DNA of 64,000 nt from Lytechinus pictus (Eukaryota): positions 16,122,001 through 16,186,000 of the forward strand of contig NC_087245.1 of assembly GCF_037042905.1 (NCBI RefSeq), read 5' to 3'. Positions 1 to 13,022 of this stretch are shown one piece after another (the stretch's first letter is position 1; every line of letters starts with the position of its first letter). The position numbers were made by a program, and so were the translations under genes. A model generated the notes under the pieces. That model was not told the DNA's origin. It did no database searches and saw only the letters and a list, made by a program, of their open reading frames with translations.

Positions 1-249
1 TGAATGTTTGAATAACGGTTAAAATAAATTTATGTATGAATTACTAGTTCGTTTAATGGGTAACTTCGCCATGCGGCTGTGGCTATTACAGATATTTTAT
101 TTTGATTGGATGTAATTGATTGCTAGGTCATGAGGTGCTGATTATTTATCTGTCAATATCGATGGGATTACATATGAATTTAAAGATTAAAGACCTGTAT
201 CAATCTATTACCATTCACCTTAAACTGACCGTTTTTTTTTCATTTCAAG

Positions 250-3200
250 ATTATACTGCTATCTGGTTGGGTTTGGTGCAACCTGACTACGGAAATTACA
301 AGTGGATGGACGGCGAAGATTTCAACTACACCAATTATGTCCCTTCGCCTTTTTACGATGGATCGGATTGTTTTAGGATGAATGCTGCAGATGGATATAA
401 GTGGACAGATGATCTTTGCACAAGCAAAAATCACTTCATATGTGAAAAAGAGATAGGTACATTTATATATACCCAGGACAATCTTCACCTATAACATGTC
501 TAAAGATATTGCAATAAGATAACAATTGTGTCTTTATGCAAACTATCTTAGTTTATTCAGTGGTGGTATTGAATAAAAATTGTATAATTATATTTAGCAA
601 TAAATTATGTTAGAATCTCCATGGCGCACCACAGTTATGAAAAATCGAAATCACGTAGTCCAACATCGGGATTGTTTATTAAGTGGGCAAATTAAAATTA
701 TTTTAGTGAAAAGAATATCGAATGAATACATAATAAATGTTCATATAATTAGACAGGGTGGTTCACGAATCACGACTCTCGTCTGATTTCGTGATCAATA
801 AAATATGCAATACGATCTTTTGACCCCTATGACTTTTTGCCCCATCATCCTCAACAACACACATGTGGTATTATCCAAGGGTCATTTCTACCAATTGTGA
901 AAAAACTGATGCAGAAATAAATAAATGAGAGCAATTTCAACAAAGATTTTACCTTTTTTTAAACCTTACATGACCTTTGACCCCATAATCCTCATGAACA
1001 CACATGTGGTATTACCCAAGGATCATTTTAACCAGGTGTGATCAAAATTGATGCAGAAATAAAGAAATGAGAGCAAGTTGAACAAAAACTTTTAAAATAG
1101 GATGAACATAACCTCATATCATTCAAACGTTTGACCCCTATATTGACCTTTGACCCCATTATTCTCATAGGGTCACATGTATTACCCAAAGATCATTTGT
1201 ACCAAGTCTGAACAAAATTGCAGAAATAAAGAAATCAGAGCAGGTTGAAAAAAACGTTAAATTTTTCAAACAGACCTACATGAAAAGTGATATACAGTAG
1301 GCCTCTGCCGAACTTCGTTTAGGCGAGACAAAAAGTAGATGCTTGACAATTGAATCCACAAATGCCATCCAATAACGAATATGCTATGATGTAAATTTTA
1401 AAACTGTTTGCATGGCGCCTTTGCTTGAAACTATTGTTTACCCACAGGCGTTACGCTCGAAGAGGAAATAAAGATAAGATCATTTATTGTCGGGAGAAAA
1501 GGCAACGTCCCAATTGCTCAAAACATTTTTTCCAATGAATTTTCGTCGAACCTAATGAGATGCGGCTCTTCGTGCATCTCCAATTCGAGTTGTTCAACCT
1601 TTGCTTACAAGGAGAAGACACGGGAGTGTATTCTTGCTAACCCATTGAACCAAGTGGATAGTTCTGATGACTCTGATGTGTACTTTCTTAAAGTGAATAC
1701 ACCAGAAGGTGAGTAAAATATTTGTAATACAAACAGAGGTTTAATTTGAATCATTTGAAAAGAAATAATAATGGAAAATGGGCTTGCTATGTAAACTTAT
1801 TTGAAAGTAGAGTACAAATAATGAAAAGTTTATAGGGCTATATCCTATACTTAAGGCACCCGCAGGTTTCCAAACTGTATCAAATTACTCGCAGAACAGT
1901 AAGGTTATTTTGCCGACGACATTTATTGGTTCAAATATAAGACAAATACTTTCTTTCTGTTTTTGTTTTCTATGTACTTACTACCGCGCATATGGAAGCT
2001 TAGAAGTGCCCCGAGAAGGCGACTTGTGTAACTCGTCAAGACTTCTTCGTTTTGGGCAAAAAGGGCGAGAAAGCAGCTCGCAAAGACGACCTTTTTAGAT
2101 GAGAAGGCGTGAACGCTACTTATACAAACTCGCCAAGGCACTTGTCTATATGATGACAGGAAGGCATGGGCCCCTCATATACCTACGAAAACTAGCTTGG
2201 TGATATTTTTTTGTTAGTTTGTGCTATAATTCATTTGTGATGATTGTGATTTCACATCACAACTTTATCTTATCTTTAATCGAATTATAAACGTATTTAC
2301 TTCATTCGCAGGCAACTCGAAGCGAATCTTTGTCAGCGACGAGCAAGGGAAAAAGCTATGGACGGCCGACATCCTCAAAATGCAATTCAGCGAGATACCA
2401 AGCTTTGTGACGTACCCTTTGAAAGCTACTTATGACCCGGTCAAAGGTTATGCATACGTTGCAGAATCGAACTACCAATTGAATAGGATTAGACTGGATG
2501 GCTCCTATCAACAAAAGATGAATCTAACTAGCGGCGCTGGAAATCGTAAGAGGGCTTGTCTTGACTTTTCTTAAGATGAAGAAAAAAAAACACTACATGT
2601 CACTAATTATTTCGTGCTGGACTAGACTGCTGTCACTTGTACTGGCATCCTTTTTTCGACTCTTATTGGCACAACACATAAACAGAAAACGTATACCAAT
2701 TCAAATTGACCGCATTTGTGCTCTTATAATAGGCCTACTCTGCGTGTTTTTTTAAACACTTCTTGATTACAATACTTTTTGTGTATAATAGTGTGAAGAC
2801 TGAGGCTCTAGCATGAAAGAAAATCACATGAAAATAGACACAATGTATCTAATTTATTAAATATATATATATATATATATATACTAGGATACATATGAAT
2901 TGATGAATAAATAGTAAACCGTTATTCTGTTTCAAAGAATATACACTTTTCAAGCGGCCCTTTTTGAAGTATGAAGGACAAACGAATATTAAATAACAAA
3001 GGGGAAGTACCCTGTAGGTAAAATTGATCATAATGATGGTGCTTTTTACCATAAAACCACATAAAGATCTTTGAAGAAAAAAAAATGAAATGCACACAAG
3101 TAAAGAGATATCTTATATATATCCGCTAGGTATCATGGATCTATCACTTGATGATCGATATCGCCGTCTGTATGTGGTCTTATCCCCACCCGATGTCATC

Positions 3201-4584
3201 GTCGAGTACGATATCGATTACAACTATGCTTCGCCGAGTGACTTCATCAATACTGGCCTTGGTACTCCGAAAGCCGTGCACGTTGTCAGCTCCAAAGGGT
3301 TAGTATTATTTCCCCCTCTCTCTCACACACACCCCTCCCCCTTGTGTATCTCATTATCTCGCCGTTGTTTGCAGATTCAAAGAGATGGTTTAATGATAAA
3401 AAGCATTTCCCTATTATATTTGCAAACATAAAACTGTATGAAAGCTACAACAGCCACTTGCAAATTTAAACGATTAATGTGTACTGACGAATAGAATAAA
3501 CAATATTGATGATTACAATTATTATCCTATTTCAATTGTTTAGTTATTGATTAGACGTGAAATTGTTTCATTGCTTGGTGTTTACATAATCATAAGTACT
3601 TACATACATATGATTAATATCAAATTGTATAATTCTTCATAATTGTGATAAAATATTTAACGAATTTAATCAGTATATTTTATCCGTAGTTCAATTTTTT
3701 TTTCACAAAGGAAAATACTGAGACGATAAATAGATTATACAAAGAATATGTCATTAAGCAAATCATATTTCAACAATCATTGTGTTGGTGTATTGGTGTG
3801 AACGCTTTTATAATAAGTTAAAAATTATTTCTATGTACACTGTTGTACCGTTGAAAAAAGGCAGAATATGATTGCATGCCTTTTGTTCAGGAATATAGAT
3901 GGTTGATATAAAAAACAACAATATGTAATAGAGTTAACCCAAGGAAATAATATATCGATTTTTGTGCACATCTAGGCCTACCATTTAACCACTTAATATT
4001 CTTAATGGAACGAAAGAAAACCTTTGTAACTTTGAATACTGAAGCTTTATTGTCAGCCTGACAACCACAAAAGCTCCATTATGCATTTAAAGCGCGGATC
4101 ACAATTTGCGATTTGTTGCGACGCGATTCTTTAATAAATCGCATTTTGCATTAAATGTGAAAGTTCCAAGAAGTACTAAGAAAGTCTTGAAAAGGAGGAG
4201 AGTGAAGTGAATAACCACGGGCCGCCTGAAGTTCGACACAATGTGAGAAATAATAAATTCATAATTTTGCTTTGCGGCAAGCCCTGTGGTCGGAGTAAAG
4301 TCCAAATCGCATTCAAGTTGCAGTCATCACGATTTGGATTTGATTTTTGTTTTTATTCCTACAGGGATGCTCGATCTACACTGAATTTCGATTCTCGTAG
4401 TCCTACCATAATTCTAAACTCTGATCGCTAAGATTTTAGTGGTTGGAATGTTCATATCAAATGTTATTGCAATTTCTTTGAAATTCAGATCGCAACGAAA
4501 CGCATATAGTGTGAGCCGGGCTAAACTCTCTATTTTTACTGTCATCTCTATCCCTTTTTTTCTATTCTGTTTATCCTTCCCCAC

Positions 4585-4617
<33 letters not shown>

Positions 4618-5564
4618 CCTCTCTCTACTAGGCATGTCTATTTCAGCCATGATGGTACTATCGAACGTATCGATTGTGATGGAATCAATCGCATGCTCAT
4701 CTACTCAGGTTCCCCTCTCTCAGATGTTACCGCTTTAACCGTTGATTCAGACAGTAAGCATTCGTTTATTTTGCTAACTCGGTTCACATTGAAAGCTTGA
4801 TCGACTTTTGGAGTTGATATGCAGATATTCTTTGTATTTTTTCTCATAACTGACTGTTGTTATTATTAGGGTGTGTTATTCTAACAATAAGGATGTCTAT
4901 GATCAGACATTTTCGTGATCTGCTGTCTTGCTCGATTTCTAATTTCTCATCCCCCGAATCACCGCCATCATAACCACTACATTGCGTTTAGGGTTGATTA
5001 TGACGATGGTGATGATGTACATGATGATGATGATGATGATGATGATGACGACGATTTTGATGATGGCGATGATGATGGTGATGGTTGTGGATAATGAAGA
5101 TGATGATCCAGTGGGAGATCTGAGGATTATTACAAAGAGAAATGATGATAGTAATTATGATAGAATATATAGTAGAAGAATAACAAGAATACTAATACTT
5201 ATAATGATCATATTGGCGATAATAACATTAACAATAGCACCAATAAACGAACATGATAAAAGTATGAATATAAAAACAATGACAATGATTCATCTTTCAC
5301 TCGAATCTCTTATTTAAAGCCGAAAAAATCTTCCTCGTGGATTCAAGCGTCGAAGACATCATCTACATGGAGTTGGATGGGTCAAACGTCCTGTATTTCC
5401 TGCAGGCAGCAGTAACGGTCAGAGGCTTGGGCTACCATGGCGGATTGTTATACTGGGTAGACGATGATTCCATGCTTCGTGTCTCATCAACCACCCAAGG
5501 TTCTACCGTTACAACAGAAGAGGGTTCCATCTTTGCAGATGCAAGGGCGATTTCGATCAATTAA
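250..5564 (+). CDS. Multi-exon gene (5' end outside window): C-type lectin domain + PAN/apple domain + YWTD/LDLR class B-like beta-propeller protein
   Basis: Phase-consistent AG/GT exons 250-456 (CTLD: WLGL...YKWMDG...C...WTDDLC...FICEK), 1448-1708 (PAN-like: CGSSCISNSSCSTFAYKEKTREC), 2312-2545, 3130-3298, 4632-4753, 5320-5564 (propeller blades IFVSD, YAYVAE..RIRLDGS, VYFSHD..RIDCDG, IFLVD..MELDGS, LYWVD). TAA stop at 5562-5564. No transmembrane segment in the visible part. Confidence 0.85.
815..1290. repeat. Three diverged ~150-170 bp tandem units containing TGACCTTTGACCCC (interspersed repeat in lectin gene intron)
   Basis: Recurring tgac(c/t)tttgacccc...cacatgtggtatta(c/t)ccaaggatcattt...gcagaaataaagaaatgagagca at about 830, 970 and 1143. 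Confidence 0.7.
4090..4523. mobile_element. PIF/Harbinger-like MITE, copy of the element at 14379-14772
   Basis: Shares internal sequence (gttgcgacgcgatt, tgtggtcggagtaaagtccaaatc) and the right end gtgtgagccgggct with the 14379 copy. Confidence 0.7.
4995..5290. repeat. (ATG/GAT)n and (AAT)n degenerate microsatellite
   Basis: Direct reading of gatgatgatgat and aataataa runs. Confidence 0.85.
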
Positions 5565-7810
5565 TACATTAATTATCATCAGTAATTGCCATCAGGGACG
5601 GTTCCTAGATATTTCGACAGAAGGGGCTAGACTTAAAGATGATCTCATTCCTCAATGAAAATAAGAGCTAATCGGTCGAAAACTCTCTCTTCTTATGCTA
5701 TTTGCCCCTTCCGTCCATTTCCCCCTTCCTTTATTCTATATTTAATTTGTTCCCTCTTTTTCCCCTTTTCACTACTTGCAAATTATAAGGGCGGCAGCAT
5801 CCTGCCCCCGCCACACCTCTGACACGGTCCCTGATTCCCATATGTAGGAAGACATGAAGACCAAGTTTGGTCCATATACCATCTTTCAAGATTCTCAATC
5901 CTACCCACCGAATTTCTTGGTCATAACAATATCTAGTCTTATTTTATAGGTTCCTGGAAAATTTGTATCAGGTTTCTCATGAAAAATTGACAAACCCGAG
6001 TATCGAGCTGCTTAAAGGCATGACCCCAGCTTGACATGACGGGCAAATTAGGTGAACATGCCCCTAATTTGCCACAGTTCACTACGTGGCAAAGACAATT
6101 TTGAAGATAAACCAAGTTCAAGGAGGTCGTTGACAGCAACAACTTCAGAGAACATCGATCTCATCCTTGGATTGCCGCATCTTGCCAAGAGGTATCAAAT
6201 CATTATAATTAGAGATAAACTTCGAATGTAAAAGGTATCTGCAAGCTTGGTACCATATCTTTTGACTCTGAACAAAAGCACACCACCCGCAGAATGAAAA
6301 CTTGGCATTTGTTGAGGCTAACCCGTCCGAATTCTGGGAACGATTTGTGACTTTAATAGTTTCGACACTATCAGCCTGACATCAATGAGCAGTCAATACA
6401 ATGGAAGCATCCCATGTCACCAACCCCAAAGAAGGTAAAGTCAAGTTCGTCCATTAAAATATGAGACACTTGCTTGATACAGGAACCTGTAAATTTTACA
6501 TAAGACCATATATTTTTTTATGACGAAGACACTGTAGGATAAAGAAATGAGAAAGATTTTATAAACCAAAATTGTTCTTGATATCTTAATTCTTACTATC
6601 TTAGGATCAAAAGTTTTCAGTCGCCCCTCGCATATCTGAGAAGAGAACGAGTTCATGCGATGCAATTGTATTTCACATAGAAGGAACACTGCCTTCATAT
6701 AAAAATAGCTAAAGGGGCGACAACATTAAAGGAGGGCAAGACGGCTACAAAGTGGAGTCCTTTTTTTCTAAATCGAATAATAGGGGTGTTATAGATCCCC
6801 TTACCTAATTACTTCTTATTCTATGGTCCATTTTCATTCGTTTACTGCTCTTTTTGTTGTAGTTGTTTAGACTACATATACGAGCAGGGCGGTGTCAAAT
6901 TAAAGTAATGGAGCAAAATGAAGGGAAAAAATAAGAAAAGGGAGAAAGAACGAAGAAATTTAAAAACGGGACATATGTGGACCTTAACTCCTTGGTATCT
7001 CATTCAATGGAAAAAATATATGACGTCACTTTTGGGCCGTCTTTCCATTTCCTTAATCTGCTTACAGAAAAGGGAACTGAAAAACAAATCATCTTCCGGC
7101 AAAAGTAATTTCTTGACATATTGCATAATAAACGTGTGGGTATAATCTTTATTTCAACATAGGACAGCGATAATAACTACTACCTTAATGAACAGAAGAT
7201 TACTGAGAATATTCTTTGCTAATTATTCATTTTTATTCTTTATATTTAAAGGGCCATATTAAACAGGGAGGACGATACAGTGTTTTGTTAAATTTACAAC
7301 TTTAAGTTAAACCACACAAATTTCTTAATTTATATGCGAAAAGCAATTATCGTGAATGTATGCCAATGAAAAAATAATTTCTAGGATCATGCGTGTTTAA
7401 TTTCTTTATGATATAGTATTTCTTTATCTACCATAATTATATTCTGAAATCATATTGAAAGAATGTACAGTTTGTGTAATTTATCTTCTTCGGGATCAAA
7501 GTGAGTTAGTTATTAACGTTCTTTGAATAAATATGATAAGACTGATATAGAACTATCTCTTTCAGGGGAGACAGATTGGTCTAAAAGGATGTAATGTACT
7601 TTTTGCCCCCTCCAATTTCTACAGATATGTATCTAGTATATTCATATCTAATCGGTGTAATACTTTTATATAGGAATACTTATATCATTGTTTTATAATC
7701 ATACTATGTAGGCCCCAAATCATTCTCTGTTTGAGATGAACACTGCAAATCTAAAATGTTTAATCTTTAAAACATAAAGAAATGTTATTATCCTGAACCG
7801 GTTGAGTATC

Positions 7811-10800
7811 TTAGATTGAGCACTGCTCTCCATCCAGAGGGTTATACTGTGAGCCTGAGGTATACCTCTGTGAAAGTAAAATATTACTCAGAATTATTTA
7901 GTTGTTACAATAATTTCATCAATGCTTATGTGGTTTATAATTATATTAAACAATAGTCCCATCGACTGGAGGCATGCTGTGTGTGATCAAGTTCAATGAC
8001 TGTACACACACGTGACCAAATGGAACAATAAAGACTTTCTACGACAACTTAGCCATTATTGCAAAAACCATTATAACACGGAACAGCAGCCAATCAAAAT
8101 CAAGGTTTCCATAGTATTTACAGTAATGGAAAAGTTGAAATTTGTGTAGGTCTTTATGCAACGGGCTCAAGGTTTTTTAAAACAAACCAAGCGCCTATTT
8201 TTTTTCTCAAAAAGTTAGTGTGTACATTTGCTACCCCCGCGCCATTTAAACCATGTTTTGCCCCCGAATTTGACACATCAATACATTGATTTTCGTAGCT
8301 TGTTAATACAGTAATTATACATAATTATTGGCAGGCGTCAATCCACATTTTTCCACTCTCCATCCAGGTGTTAAATGAGTACCCGGTAGGATGCGAAAGC
8401 CTATACTATGAGCTCTTTTTGGAATGTTCCTCAGGGAATGGAGAAAGTGCATACATTGTGTGCGCGAATGCCAAGATCCGATGGCCGGGGTAATGGGAAT
8501 TGCAACGCAAACCGCTTAGAAACAAAAATTATTAATCGCTATCTATATATATATATATGAATGTAACTAATATGATTATTATTCATATTATAATTATTAA
8601 CATTTTTATGATCATCATTATCTTCATTATTATTGTTACCTATATGAGGTGTTTTCCATGGGAATAATTTTCCATATTTTGCGTTGTCTACTTTCGCAGC
8701 GGGCAATATTCGCGAAAACCGATTGGAACCAGTGTGTGAAACAACGCAATATATACAATGTGTGTTTCTGTGCAGCATATTTATGGTACATACATGATGG
8801 ACGCCTGCGCGGAAACAGTTTACGTCACAATGGCTTTTAATAGCCGGGTTACTCCATCAGTTTATGAATAACCTGAAATCAGAAGTGTCAAGCAAACAAG
8901 CAGGCATATATTATAAATAGTTCCAAATAATAGCCTGAATCAAACATGATAGGCCCACAGCCATGACAGCTGTGGGTAATAATATTATTGAGGACTCCTC
9001 ATTCGGGAAACATCAAATATATTTCCCTTAAAAGAACCATAATAAATTAGACGTTATCATTAAGGCCAGTTATTATTATTATTATTATCATCTTCGTCAT
9101 AATTTGTTGTTGTAATGACAGGACCAATGTGAACAAGTTTTTTAAAACTGATCTTGCTACCCTGTGTAAATGTTTATGGTTGGATGAATTAATTAATTAA
9201 TCTTAACCAGAAAATGCTACCATTTTCTGCGTGTTTATTACTATTATTAGTATTATTATTATTATTACAATTATTATTATTATTTATATCCCTCTTATAA
9301 ATATTAATGAGTATTCTATATGAACGTTTGTCCACTTCGTGGTCATGTGACAAAGTATGATTTGAATAGGAAATTACATCGCTGCAAATAGTTTTCGATA
9401 TTTTTCGATATACTTTCATGGGGAGAACTGCGCATGCTCGTGCTCGATATGTTCTCCCAACTTTCTTAATGCCTGATATATTTGTATATTGGTTCAGTTG
9501 CTTGGTATTACCAAGTGTGTGTAAAATAAATACAACCATCGTCGGCGGCCCTGATATATGAAATGAATAATTTGGGGCGACCATTATTTTCTACATTTAT
9601 AATCAATTTTCATCGTACTCGTATAAAGTCATACTCAAATATTTACTTACGTAGTGACGAAATCCTGTTAGTTCAGAATACAATTTATCACCTGGGCAAG
9701 AAGTGGCAGTGGCTTGTCGATGGCCATATAAAGTGTAACCCGGCATTAAGGTATTCCTAAAACAGGAATGTTAGTAGGCGGGACAATGTCAATTATAGGC
9801 TACCATGTGTGATTGTAAGATATAATTTTCCATCAAATCATTATTTACAACTTAAAGGACAAGTCCACCCCAACGAAAAGTTGATTTGAATAAAAAGAGA
9901 AAAATCCAACAAACATAACACTGAAAATATCATCAAAATCGGATGTAAAATAAGAAAGTTATGACATTTTAAAGTTTTGCTTGATTTCACAAAATAGTTA
10001 TATGCACATCCTGGTGGGTATGCAAATGAGGAGACTGATGACGTCATCCACTCACTATTTATTTTGTATTTTATGATATGAAATAGGGAATATTCTATTT
10101 TTCTCCTTGTCAAGTGAAACAACGATTAATTCTCCCCTGAACATGTGGAATGAGCATTGTTTAATACTATATGATTCAGTCAAGTTGGTCCTCATTTTCA
10201 AATCTATAAAAAATGAAATATTGTATAATTCAAACAATAAAAAACAAAAGAATTAGTGAGTGAGGGACATCATCAACTTTCTCATTTGAGTTGTGCATAT
10301 CACTGTTTTGTGAAAAATAAGCAAAACTTTAAAGTGTCATAACTTTCTTATTTTTCATCCGATTTTGATGAAATTTTCAGCGTTTTGCTAGTTTGATTTT
10401 TCTCTATTTATTCAAAGCAACATTTTTCTGGGGTGGACTTGACCTTTAAATGACGTTCATATTATATGACATGTCCCTGAATACATAATGCAAGCAAACG
10501 CAACCCAATAAAAGTAGATTGTCATGCATACATTTTTAAATAATCGAGACTACAAAGATTCATAGCTCATAACATTATGAACATGAAAACGATAAGACTG
10601 GTATTGATCTTGCTATACGGCCCTTTCCATATACTCTTGATCTCAAATCTAATTATGAAGGAGACCTGTACACGTACATCACAAGACTGATTATATTTAT
10701 ATACAAAGAGCTCAGTTGCAAAAGGGGTTAGATCCATTTTTCATCAAACTTGATTTTTTTTTCTGTCTCAATCTTTAGACTTTTAGTTGCACTATAAGAT

Positions 10801-12990
10801 GATACCAAAGAAAAGTTGAATTTCCTATTAAAAAGTGAGCAAAAATGGCAAAGGAAAATTACCTTTTTCAAAATGGGTTGGAACCATTTCAGTTTGGTTG
10901 CAAAAGGGGTTAAACCACAAAGATTTTTTTTGGAAAAGAATATTTAAAAACATATGAAGACAGGTAGATTTCTTTAATACCCAATTTTATTTGCACATAT
11001 TGCAATATGGGAGAATGAAAAAAAAAATTCCTGGAGTAGATCTAACCCCTTTTGCAACCAACCTCTTTTGAAGAGCTCATTTGTCAAAAGGGGTTAGATT
11101 CATTTTTCATAAATGTATATAATATATATGAATTGAAGAAAGGTAGATTTCTTTTATGCCTAATTTAATGCTCACATGATAAAGTAGTACATTATGACAA
11201 TTCAGTTTCTCATAAGAATATTGCAAAATATGGTCCAAAGTGGATCTAACCTCTTTTGGAACCAAAACGGCTTGCAACGTTCACTCCCGTAACCACGTAA
11301 CGGCGCGCTATCACGTTTTGAGTACTTTCCAAAAAAATCGCACAAAGGGTAGGGTCTATACCTTTTTTTAATTTTGTACGCGGGTAAATCAAGAAATCAC
11401 AGTTTGCACATAATTTACATGAGTCTTTACGCACTTTATATAACAGTTTTGAAGATGATTTTTAAATTACAAGTGCTTTTTTGTAAGACTTATCATGACG
11501 TCACACACCAAAAATAAATGCACCCACACAAAGATCGCAATGTATGTGAGCAACAAAATATGCAAGTCTGAAAGTCTTACTCTTTAATTAACCGTATTCA
11601 TCTCAATTTCGCAAAGTTGTAACGTATGAAGCAGATTGATCTCCGATAGTAACCTGCCATTTGTGTTTCAGATTTTTTTTTGCATTTTCATTAAACGAGA
11701 GAAATTCCGACGGTGTTCCATGGAACCCTTGTGGTTTTCAGATCCGATTCAGATCCGCCGCTGCGGTCGGCCGTATACCGTGCGAGGCCGAGGGTGTTAG
11801 TCTGTTCTCAGTGACAATTTACATTTATTCTGTTAACGTTACGTGATGATTCGTATTTTGCTTGTAGCATTTCAACGAATTGTTTGGTCACATAACCAGC
11901 ATTCCATAGATTAGGGGGGGTTAATTTTATTATTTTATTTTTTATTTTTTACGAATGTATACGCCAAACGTGATCGTGCGCGGTGACGTGATTTCGTGAG
12001 TTTACGTTGCAAAGCCTTCATCAACTAAGCTCGCTGGCGCGCGCTGGACGCTGTTGAACAAGTTTTGTGAAGGGGGAGGGGGGGGGGGGCTTCCATAAAA
12101 TGCTATGAATATAGAACTGTTTAAAGTCTAAACAAATTTCTAAACAACGATGACTTGCAAAACTAAAGTAACATTCTTCATTAGCTCACTAATGACTGAC
12201 TTAATGGTGTCATTACAGAAATGACATGTTGTTTAAGGTTGCACTTCGATAATTTGAGGTTTGAGAAAATAATTCAAGATACAAAAATTAAAACCTATGA
12301 CATTTTACTCAAAGTATAGATTACAAATTATTAGTACTCGCTGCCAAGCAAATGAATGAAATTAAACTTTCGTTTTGGTTGCCGTATATAGTCAGAAAAA
12401 ATAACACATTTGAAGATAATGAAGATTTTGGAATTCTTGTGCCACCCCCCCCCCCCCCGGGGGGCGAGAATCTTGATGGAACTGGAATTTTTTGCTCTGT
12501 GATTTTGGAAAAATTGCACGCGAATAAACAAAGAGATCAGCCAAATCGATAAATTGTTGATAACATATCCATTCTGGAATAATTTGACATGTAAATAAAG
12601 TCAAATTGTTTTGATAATAACATGACAAGTGAAAAATTGATGAAAATTTGACTGTTAAATATGTCTTAGAGGGATTTGTCACACACACACATATTATATG
12701 TGTTTAAATAAATATATATATATATATATTTATACATATATATATGTGTGTGTGTGTACATATATATATATATATATTACTGCAAAAGATCGTGTCACCT
12801 GCTCAAGGCACAGTCGAGAAATTGCTGTAGAACTCCCATCATCTGTGATGTCGGGGTCGTCGAAGTGAAGGTACCGATCATACATATGCCTGTTTATAGT
12901 GACATATAAAGAACATCATGTGTCATTATTATGATAATGAGGCGAAAATAATATTGTGTTGCAAAGCTAATTGTTCACAACATTTTGGAT

Positions 12991-13022
<32 letters not shown>

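Noticed and set aside
5850..6720. Moderately GC-rich unique stretch between the lectin gene and PGRP
   Set aside because: No continuous frame or recognisable motif found; may be 3' UTR or a decayed element.
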